A stretch of 64,000 bases of DNA, from the NCBI GenBank assembly GCA_973895155.1, contig OZ316897.1, positions 5,779,327-5,843,326 of the forward strand. Reading direction: 5' to 3'. The notes below the pieces were generated by a model. It saw only the letters and a list, made by a program, of their open reading frames with translations. It had not been told where the DNA came from and searched no databases. Made by a program: the position numbers and the translations under genes. Below are positions 1 through 10,500 of the stretch, piece by piece (position 1 is the stretch's first letter; each line of letters starts with the position of its first letter). This DNA comes from Marsupella aquatica (Eukaryota; Plantae; Marchantiophyta).

Positions 1-1290
1 GTCAAGGAGTAATCCGACTCCACAAGCCGTGGTGACCAAGGAGGTAGAACCAGCACCATCCTCCGGCATGAATACGGCAATAGATCCCGCTATCATCACA
101 GGTGGGGGTGGTGTGTCCAAGCCGAACTACTCAGTAATGAGGCCGGTATTCCAGATCCGCCTCTTGAGCAGGCCGGGGAGACCGTAGCCGAGGCTGAGGC
201 CGTAACCGATTCCCGAGCCGATGCCGACGCCGATGGTGGACCCAGTCAGGCCAATGGAGAGTTGACTCAGTCAAGGGCAGGTAATCTGTCAGAGAATGAA
301 CCTACGGCAGTGGCTGAGGAGGAAGCGTTGGGGGCGTCCATTAAGGATCCTCCACCGGTGTCGTGACGGTGCAAGGGCGCCGTTCCTTTTAGGGAGGGAG
401 GACGTGGAGGGAGGAGGCATGAGTGGGCAGGGCGGGCGCTGATCTCCAAGTTTAGGATTAGGATCAGGACCAGGAGCGGCCCTGACACTTAGCTTAGTGG
501 GATTGCGGTTCCACTGGTAGGAGCAACACTTGTGCTCCTGCCTTGCTGTACATAGGTAGATTCGGGCAAGTAGATTACTGTTAGGTAGATTAGGCTTACG
601 ATGCAAAGAATGGCGGATCCACTACCAGGATAAGTACCTGGGTAGCGGGGAGCTCAGGGCCTCTTCTTTAGCAAGTTTTTAGTTTGCACCAGCCGGGCTG
701 GGATCAAGTAGTACGAGAAACTCTCGGTTAGTCATACAGTGACCCTTGTGTATATTCATGTTTCCTCATGCCTAAGAGCTGAATAGAGTTGGCCTCACGG
801 CTTAGTTCGTAGAGCTTGTGTATGAGATGTACTGTTTGTGTGGCAAGTGCATGGTATGACTCAGTCAGAATGAGTCATTTTGCTATTTGTGTGTTGCATT
901 AACTTGTGTGAAGAGTGCCCACATCAACCAGAAGGAAGGAAAGTAAGCAAGGGAGTGAGAGTTGGATGTGTCGAGCTGAGAGAGGTCTTAGCGGCTTAAC
1001 CAAGCCTATTGGGGATCATTCCGGCGGCGGAATCCAAACATACCTAACAAGACGGAGGGGAAGACAGGGGAAGACAGGGGAAGGCCTAGATTAGGCCGGC
1101 TACGTATCTCATGACCCAATGAAGGATCTGTCCAGTATATGTGTGTAAAATGTTAACAGTAGTAGTAGAAGATTAGCAGCGTCCCATGCCGCTAAGCCGC
1201 GGAAACGGCCTCGCCAAGCACCAAAAACCTGCGGGAATCGGCTTGAGCTGGGGGGTTTCTTGGGTTTAGGGAGCCATGGGACGCACCACA
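1..1290 (+). repeat. 3' part of the 5' LTR of element A, including the C-terminal end of the LTR-borne ORF
   Basis: Direct repeat of 10894-12169; ends in CA, 4 nt before the PBS. Confidence 0.95.
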
Positions 1291-1294
1291 TTTT

Positions 1295-1312
1295 TGGCGC
1301 TAGATGGAGGGG
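1295..1312 (+). promoter_or_regulatory. Primer-binding site, probably tRNA-Asn(GUU)
   Basis: TGGCGCTAGATGGAGGGG, 4 nt after the LTR. It matches the complement of the plant tRNA-Asn 3' end (TGGCGCTAGAAGGAGGGG, recalled from memory) with one mismatch. Confidence 0.75.
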
Positions 1313-1359
1313 GCATTTCTTAAGCCGTGAGATATGAAGTTAGAACGGAAGCGTAGGTA

Positions 1360-4352
1360 ATGACTAACCTTACGCCGAGGGAAGAAAGAGTGATTCAACG
1401 GGAGAGAGCTTGACTGCAGCAGCTCGCCGGGTGGCATGATACACAGCGACTGAGAGGGGCAGAAAGAGCTGGTAGCTCCGAAACTGGAAGTGGCGTCGAA
1501 GAAGACATACCTGAAGAAGAGTCGGTAAGGAGAAGTGAGTCTCCAACCGACATGGGGGAACCAGAGGCACGGCCAGACGAGAGGCCAGGGACCAGATTGA
1601 GCCAGCGGTCGCGCATACATTACAAGGCATTTCATGGGAGAGGAGATGAGGATCTGGACGAATGGTTGGATGATTTCGAGGGAACCGCTGCAGCAAATGG
1701 AGAATCGGCCATCAAGATGCAGATTCTTCCCGGCCTGTTCAAGGGTGAGGCTAGGCCTTGGTACAGAGCATTAGATGTGGAAGATCAAGCCATCTGGGAT
1801 ATCTTCAAAACACTCTTTGTTAAGGAGTTTCGACCAATTGGAACTTCAGAACTAGCAGTGCTGAAGTTGGGACGACTTCGGTTCAAGGAGAACAAATCCT
1901 TCAGGAAGTTCTTGCAACGCTTTCAGAAACTGGTAAGACGTACAAAGACCAATGCATCTGAAGGTATGCAACTTCAATGGTTGGTGAATGCTTTGCCACA
2001 GAAGATGAGTTTTGCAATTAGGAAGGAGAACCCGGAGACTTTAGCCGAAGCAATTAAGGATATTCAATTATACATTAATGCAGATATCACAAGCCGGAAG
2101 AAACAGCTTAAGTCTGAGAGTTCCTCATCAGAAGAGGGATCACCCCATAAGAAAAAAGATAAGAAGAAGAAACATTCTAAGAAGTCTAGAAGTGATAAGT
2201 CAAGCTCGGATAGTGGGAGTAGCAAGAGTGAGTCATCTTCTAGTTCTGAAGAAGAAAAAACTACCAAAAGGAAGGGCAGAAGGAGAGGGAAGACGAAAGT
2301 CAAGCTGGAGGCTAAGCCACCAGATAACATCGTAGCCCTTACCGAGCAACTTAAGGCTATCATTGCAGAGGTAAAACCGAAGAAGAAGGTAGTACAGGAG
2401 GATAGCTCTGTATGGTGTGCCTTATGTTATAAAACCGGACACCATAAAGATGTGTGTCCTAAGCTTAATACTAATCATGTTCGGCATGTGGCCGAGATCA
2501 GACCATGTCAGGGAGAAGTAGAGTACTTTTTAGGAGATGCCGCTGATAGTGTTTTCGGCATCAGTGAGACTGGAGCACGAGACCTATTCAACAGACCTGC
2601 ATCTCTATGGTCAGGGTTAAGGAACAATCCAGGAGAGATGTATCCTCGGATTATTCAGAACCCGTCAGTACCTCCTAGGCCGAATGTGCAAAGATTTGCG
2701 GCGTGCTATAATTGTGGTCAACCTGGCCATTTTGCTAGAGAATGCCCGAATGCACGCAAACAGGGTGATGGACAACCAGCTCAGCTATGTATGGGATGCC
2801 GACAGGAAGGTCATATGCTAGGGCAATGTCCTACTTGGTTGGCAGGCCTGGCCGCAAATCATAAACTTTTGCCGGTCAAGATCTTACCGCCAGGTACTAC
2901 CCCCGGAGGAGTTCAAATCAACCACATCGAACTAGGATGGCAAGAGGATGCCGAGGCAGAGTTCGTACCATCTGATGATGAGGCCGAAGCCCTATCAACC
3001 TTCTCAGAGGAGGATTTAGATCATGATTGCTACCGGGTCTCTACTTGATCTACCAGAAGGAAGGAAAGGTGGGATGGGCTGGCCAAAAATAAAGGGAAGG
3101 TTACGGAGGAAAAGATCGACTCTTCGTCAACATCAACAGAAGGAGAAGGGAGGGCTCCGGCAATACAGGTAAGCCATGAGCCCACCAGTGAACCCAATCC
3201 TTCACAAGATAGCGACTTCAATCGAGATCATCCTAAGTTGTTCTACCCCTCTGTTACGACTAGTGTTAAGGAACAACTAAGAGAATTAGAAACCCTGGAG
3301 AATACCGAAGCCATTGCCAAGGATGTAAAACGAGCAAAAGCATTGTTTGCTTCGGAAGACCCAACAGCTGTGGAGACTAGCGTGGCAAAACTGGCCAAAT
3401 CCAAGACGGAGACACCACCAGAGGAGAAGCCGATTGTTCCCTATGACCTGGCTAAAGATGTACTAGAATCTAGAGTCTCGGCAACAGTAGGTCAACTATT
3501 GAAAAATAGCTCGTACTTCCGGAAGCAATTAAGGAAGGCTATTCTCGGCAAGCCGAGATTACCCAAGGTAGTAACCAGATCCGACGTACTAATGATAGAA
3601 GAAGATCAAGGAGCCCCAGCATTACCATTAATGATTCAAGGAGAATTATTACTACGGGTACCCATCGATGGAGGATCAGGGGTATGTATTATGATTGATT
3701 CAACAGCAAAAGGGTGGGGTCTAACACCGGAGATGACTGGAAGAGTGTTGAACATGGCCAATGGATATCAGGTCATTCCCACGGGAGTGTTAACCGGCAT
3801 CAAGACAGAGATAGGAGGTATCTTCTTTAGCATTAACTATGTAGTACTGAAGCCGGTAAATCCTACGTCATTCCGGCTATTGATTGGTAGGCCATGGCTG
3901 TACCTAGCCGAGGTAATAGAAGATTGGGGTAAAAAGCAGTTCACTTTCGAGACCCCCTCTATCACGGTATCCTGGGACACTAAGGATGACCGTAGGAAAA
4001 GCATAAGGGAAGTAGATGGGTACGACAATGGACTGGAGTCAGCCGATGAAGTACGTTGGTTAGAATGCCTCACTGACCTAACCGAAGAAAGTGTCTTTGG
4101 ACCAGAGGTACCCCCAGCGGATTATGGCAAGAACCAATGGAAGGTGACTTGGAAGAAGAAGACGAAGAGGTCGAGGACTGCTTTACAATAGAATCCACCT
4201 TTTTAGCTGCAATTCCGGAGGAAGTAAAGGATGTAGACCAATTGAATGAAACGGCTAAGTGGGGAGCAGTAGCAGGGACAGTGGATTTTCTGCAGGCGTT
4301 GTGGCAGAGCCGGCAGGGTTCACAACGCCATCGATCATCGGCAAGGAATTAA
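1360..4352 (+). pseudogene. gag: gag-protease ORF of element A (capsid region, three CCHC knuckles, aspartic protease)
   Basis: Knuckles CALCYKTGHHKDVC, CYNCGQPGHFAREC and CMGCRQEGHMLGQC; protease motif VPIDGGSG. Private lesions relative to copies C/D: TGA near 1411, TGA at 3046, 1-bp deletion near 4116. Confidence 0.9.
4283..4342 (+). promoter_or_regulatory. Candidate -1 programmed ribosomal frameshift signal between PR and RT
   Basis: G_GAT_TTT in the protease frame, 5-nt spacer, stem GGCGTTGTG (4295-4303) / CACAACGCC (4321-4329). The RT frame is -1 and is closed by TAA at 4256. The signal recurs at 29011-29057 and 62191-62237. Confidence 0.7.
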
Positions 4353-7300
4353 ATACCAAGGGATCGGCATACAAGCCGATTACGAGGGCAGAACAAATTG
4401 AGGCCCTATTAGAAGCCGAGAGAGCACAGCGGCCTGACTCTCAGGAGCAAGAGGTGGATGAGATGGACAGACACAATCCAGAGCCAAGGCAGGAAGGGGA
4501 GCCGACCACCAATTCAAAACCGAATAGACCGGCAAGGGGACAATCTATGGACACCAAGGAAGGGACCGACTCGGCTAGTCCAGCCGAGATTCCAGTTTAT
4601 GGAGGTATGAGATTGGAGAGACTGGAAGCCGAACTGGACCCGAATTTGAAGAAGCAGATTAATATGATCCAAGCACGGCAATATTGGAAGCTCGACTTAG
4701 GAGAGGGAAGAGAACTGAACTTAGGGAGAAACCTAGCACCTGAGCTCGAGAAAGAGATCAGTGACTTATTGATTGAATTTCAGGATGTGTTTGCATGGAG
4801 TCACCAAGATCTAAAGGGAGTAGATCCAACACTAGGGGAACATCGAATTGATCTCATGTTAGGAGCCAAATCATTTCGACAACCAATTCGAAGGATGAAC
4901 CCGAAGTATTCCCTGCTGGTCAAAACAGAAATCGACAAACTAATGGAAGCTGGATTCATCACTCCAGTCCTGCATTCAGACTGGGTGTCTCCAATTGTGA
5001 TAGTTCCCAAGAAAGCTGGACCCGATGGTAAACCCAAGATCCGGGTTTGTCAGGATTACAGGAAGCTGAATGAAGCAACATTAAAAGACCATTTTCCTTT
5101 ACCGTTTACTGATATGGTACTAGACATGGTAGCCAGTCATGAACTATATTCATTCATGGATGGATACTCTGGTTATAACCAAATCAGGATTCGGCAGGAA
5201 GACCAAATCAAGACGGCCTTCATCACGGAATGGGGGATCTATGTCTTCAATCGTATGCCGTTTGGACTCTGCAACGCACCAGCTATGTTTCAACGATTAA
5301 TGGTGAACATTTTTCATGATTACTTGAGAAAGTCATGGAAATCTTCATTGATGACTTTGCAGTATTCGGGAAGGCATCGAAACATGCTAAATACCTCAGG
5401 AAAACCTTCATGAGATGTAGAGAGGTGGGTCTCAAGTTACACCCAGATAAATGTTTCTTTGCAGTAACCGAGGGGGTGCTACTAGGTCACAAGGTATCAA
5501 GGAAGGGCATTGAGATTGACAAAGGTAAGCTAGCAGTATGGCTAGATATCATGCAACCTAAGAACATAAAGGATGTAAGATCCTTCTTGGGATGCATTGG
5601 TTACTATCGCCGGTTCATCAAGGATTTTGCCAAGCTAGCTTTACCATTAACCAACATGCTCAAGGCAGGAGCAGACTTCGAACCCACACCCGAACCAGTC
5701 ACAGCGGTGGTAGAATTGAAGCAGATGTTAGTAGAGGCCCCAGTCATGATAGCACCGGACTGGAACAAAGATTTTCATGTTTTTGTAGATGTCTCGGGCT
5801 TCTGTATCGGCTCAGTACTAAGTCAGTTGGATGAGAAAGGAAGGGACCATCCCATATACTTCGCAAGCCGTCAGCTTGCCGATGCCGAACGGAACTACTC
5901 CACCACAGAGAGAGAAGCATTAGGAGTCATTTATTCTTGTAAAAAGTTTAGGCATTATTTACTAGGATACAAGGTAATCTTTCATACCGATCATGAAAGT
6001 TTGAAGTACCTAGTCAATAAGCCGGACCTTACAGGCAGAGTAGCAAGATGGATTTTGCTATTACAGGAGTTTGACTATGAGCTGAGGATCAAGCCGGGAA
6101 AGTTACACGCCAATGCCGACTTCTTTTCAAGGATCACAGGTAAACCTGCCACGGATTGCATCGATGATCGATTCCCCGACGAGGAGCTATTCGTTGTGGA
6201 AATAGCTGATACATGGTACCCTGAGATTTTACAATTTCTCAGCACTTCCAGATTACAGCCAAGATTAAGCCGAGAGCAAGCCGCAGTCTTTGTGCAGAAG
6301 GTCAGACAGTATCAGTGCATTAAAGGCATACTGCACAAGCATGGAATCAACGGCACGATTCAAAGGTGTTTGGAAAAGGGAGAGGTAAAACGAGTCCTAC
6401 AGGCCATGCATGGAGAGGAGGCCGGAGGACATTTTGCCCCAGTAACCACGTCTAAGAAGATATTAAATGCCGGTTACTGGTGGCCCACCTTGCACAAGGA
6501 TGTCTATCAGTTTATCAAACAATGCGATCCTTGTCAACGAGCGGGAGGACCAAGGGCGTCCACCAGACATCCACTGCACCCTATTCTACCTCTGGCACCA
6601 TTCGAGAAGTGGGGTATTGATTACTTTGGACCTCTGAAACCACTGACCCACCCTCGACGGAACAAGTACATAATCCTGGCTACGGATTATGCAACTAAAT
6701 GGGTAGAGGCCAGACCAACAACGAAGGATGATGCAATTACTACGGCTAGATTCATGTATGAGCAGATCTTCACCAGGTATGGAGCACCCCTAGAATTAGT
6801 TAGTGATAGAGGAACCCATTTTTTGAATGATATAATTAGTCGTTTAAATGAGCAGTATTTAGTTAAACATAGGCCTACTACTCCCTACCATCCAAAGGCA
6901 AATGGGTTGACAGAACGAGCAAACGGAATTATAGGAAAGATATTGAACAAGACAGTAGCTCAGAACAAACTCGATTGGGATGATAAATTGTTTGCTGCTG
7001 TTTTTGCTTACAATCTTGCCTATAAATCCACTACCGGTCATACACCCTTCTTCTTAACCTTTGGACAAGAAGCCCTGGTACCCATGCAACTTGAGATACC
7101 GACATTTCAAGTTACAATTGAGGAAAGAGCCTCAGCGGAGGAGAGCCTAAAGGAGCGAGAATATAGGTTAGAAGCTTTAGAGGAGGTGAGAATGATTTCA
7201 GCCGAGAGAGTAGAATATAGACAGAATATCATGAAGCAGCAGTATGATAAAAAGTTGAAAGTAGTTAGTATTCACACCGGTGATCTTGTGCTACTTTATG

Positions 7301-7475
7301 ACAGTAGGTATAGTAGGTTTCCAGGAAAGCTTTACACTCGCTGGTTAGGACCCTTTAGAGTAACCATGATGTTCCCCAATGGCTCCGTACAATTGGCCAA
7401 CATTACGGAAGAGGTATATCCAGTTCGCATCCATTATGACCGCCTCAAGAAATACTATATGGACGAAGCTGAAGT

Positions 7476-7512
7476 TGTTCGCGAGGACGCTTCACAATTA
7501 AGTGGGGAGCTA
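7476..7512 (+). promoter_or_regulatory. Polypurine tract and conserved pre-LTR cassette
   Basis: TGTTCGCGAGGACGCTTCACAATTAAGTGGGGAGCTA directly before the LTR start TGTGATGCC; nearly identical in family B (54693-54738). Confidence 0.8.
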
Positions 7513-10500
7513 TGTGATGCCTAGACAGGAATCACTCGGCCAGTTAAGTGGGTAAAGCAGGAAGGCACCCTAGGAACACCTTAGTATAGGGACAAAACAA
7601 GGAAAATATAAACCATTAGGGGCAACCATGGAACCCGGGCCGAGGCCGGAGGTAAGGACGCTGAGGGTGAAAACTCGATTAGGGTTAGGGCGCGTTAAGT
7701 GTCGGCGGCTAGGAAGGATCAACGGGAAGAAGGACCGGCAGAGGAGAGGGGTAAGGAGCGCTTGCAGGAGATGGTGGCTCATTTGCGAGCACGAACTAGG
7801 CAGACGACTACGGGAGGCCAACTACTGTCAACTGCTTAGGCAAGCACTCGGGGAGAGAGTAGATACCAACGATCGACCTAAGGAGGGTATGAGCAACGTC
7901 AATCAAGCGGCACATTTCTGGGGATGCCTGTTCGAACGGGCAACTGAGTACATCAAGACTTACGAGGACGAGGAATCAGAAAGGGCAGCTCGAGAACGGC
8001 AGGAGCTCGCTCGATTGTGGGAGCTGCAGAAGACGGCTTTCTTAGGAGGCGAACTCATCAAGGACGAGTTCCTGTGGACGCCTACCTCCAATCAACTCGA
8101 CGATCTTCTGTTTTGCAAAGACAGCGTCGTCGGCATCCGAGAGGCCATCAAGAACTGCAACGACATACACTAGGAATTAAAGGGTAGCACGGAAAGGTGG
8201 ACCCAGGCAACGGTGCTAGGAGAAACCTCCACGGCAGCAGAGATGAAGAGGAAGGGAGCCGTCAACGATGAAGCCACCCCGGCAAAAAGAACGAGGTCGG
8301 CGGCACCAAAGAAGCCAGCCGAGCAGCAGAGCAGGAGGCAGGGAGAAGCCGAAGAGGAGGAGGTCGATCCCATCAAGGCCATTCCAACCAAGGATGACAC
8401 CTGGAAGGGCTGGGCGGCAACCCTACCGGTGGAGGTGCAACTACATTTTGCACGGGAGGAGGATGCATGCTTTACGGCAATGCAGACCAAGAAGTATCAA
8501 GGCTTCATGGCCGGATCCGGCTTAGAGGCCTTTGTAAGATTACCATGGCTGAAGCCGGAGGTACCGGAGTCAGACCTATTAGAATTCGTGGGGTCATGGG
8601 AACCCGAGACCAATTGCACGAGGATATATGGGAAGGATTTCTATCTTACTCCCAAGGTAATTGCCGAAGTGTTTGGCTTGCCGATAGGCAATAAGACCAA
8701 AGTTGATACCAGGAAGACCTTGCCTGACAAGGAGTTCCGGTCGTTCCCCGGGCCATCAACGAAGAATGGCTTCTTCCGGAACACCTGCACCAACCCGCAC
8801 ATAGGAGAGATGATCGACTTCTTGCGGGTGACCATGCATTGTAACTTGCCGAGGGCAGAGATCGGCAAGGCACAGGTCTATCTGGCAGAAAGGCCAGACC
8901 CAAGCCGGGACTACAACGGGTACCTCCTCAACCAATTGAAGAAGATCTTAAAGGAGGAGCAGCAGGTAATCGGCATGGGGAGCGTGTCGCGGCTTGGCTA
9001 TCACATGCCGCTGTTGTGCCGGTATGCCAGAGGTCAGACTTTTGCCCCAGTACTTCCCCTACAGGTAAGGGCACCCGAGGAAGCTCCAACGCCGAGGCCG
9101 TTGGCTGAGAAGCCTCAACCACCTGTTAGCCCTACGATCGAGCAGGTGTTTAGGCCTAGGAAGGAGGACTTGCCGATGCAGCAACCAGGCATGCAGAGTC
9201 TGCTGAAACTACTGGAGAAAGAAAAGAAATCGGCATCGGCAACAACAACGGCAACGGCAACAATGCAGGACACTACTACAGAGGTAGGCCTACATCGGCT
9301 CACAAGAGAAAACCCCTTTGTTGGAGACAAGGAGAGAATCAGGCCGGAATCCAAGCCAGGTGTTCGAATGTATGTGGGAATCTCAAGCTCCGAATCTGAG
9401 GCAGAATTGCCTGAAGCTCCTACCGACAAAGAGGAGAGGGAGAAGCCGGACGTCCAAGAAGTAGAGGAGGCAGTGGAGGACTGCAGCCATGATAATTCTG
9501 GCTATGGGTCGGACCATCACGTTCCAGGAGTAAGGACCTGTGGCCGGTTTGTCCCCACACTTCCAAGGGTAGTGCGAGGGGACCCCAACCAGCAGAGTAG
9601 CCCTGAGTCTCCCCCACCAGATGTTGCTCCCCCGAGCTTTGACGGCATAAAACAGACGGTGCAAGAATTTCAGGAGCGAATCAGGCAGGAAGAGGAGGCA
9701 GCCCTGGCTAGGGAAAAGGATTTACCAGGAGGAGATTGGCCGGAGGACATCAGGCGGCTAGCCAAAAAAGGAAGCAAACCTCTAGCCACGATTGAAGAGA
9801 TCCGCAAGACGGCTTGGGAGCAGAGGCCGCGATGGGCGATGCCGATCACTTCTACTTACTCCACCTACGCTAAGAATAGAGCCATGGAGTATGGTGAGAT
9901 GTGTGGGGAACTTGCGCTCGGCATCTTTGGAGAGGAGTTGGAGGTAGGACCCTTTTTCCATAGGGAGCAGTTGGAGAAGCACCAATTAGAAGAAGCGGTG
10001 GCTTTAGAGAGAAGCAAGAAGGACGAGGTCATTCGGCGGCTTAGGAGGATGGAAGCCGAGATTGAAGATCTAAGGGCGGCCAAGAAATCCCAAGATGAAC
10101 TGCGGATTAAACGGCATGAGCTGAACATCATGCAGGGGCAGTTGGACACCGCGCAGGCTGATAATCAGAATATCAAGGATAAACTGACTCAGATGCAGGG
10201 AGAGTTGGCCGACACGATCAAAGAGAGGGAGAAGTGGAAGCAAGAGCTGAAGAATACAGAGGAGGCCCACATAACAGCCAACAGCCGGGCCATGGCGGAG
10301 ACCCAAAGAAAGGAATGGGCGTTGAAGGGGGAGCTCGAGAAAATCCGCGGAGCCCTTGAGCAGAAGGAGGCCGAGTTAGGGAAATCTTATCAAGGGATTA
10401 TGGCGCTGCAGCAGGAGCTTGCGTCCTTGACGGCCAGCTTCAAGGCCGACCTAAGGGAGAAGGACGAGATGCTCGATCAGACTTACGCCAAGATGAACCA

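Larger units (their letters stand above)
4259..7524 (+). pseudogene. pol: pol (RT, RNase H, integrase) of element A
   Basis: RT motifs DYRKLN, MDGYSGYNQ, MPFGLCNAP, FIDDF; RNase H FVDVS...NYSTTERE; IN H...H...CDPC, WGIDY, SDRG, NGLTERAN, GPF. A 1-bp deletion near 5334 relative to copy D splits the ORF. The stop lies 12 nt inside the 3' LTR. Confidence 0.95.

Noticed and set aside
267-1291. Short antisense ORFs recurring in LTR copies (105, 73 and 60 aa) and similar shadow ORFs elsewhere
   Set aside because: They recur only because the DNA is repeated; most have non-ATG starts, no motifs and variable ends.
7679-7690. Telomeric repeat (TAGGGTTAGGG) and TTAGGA runs in the LTRs
   Set aside because: Only about two units; at most a telo-box-like motif.
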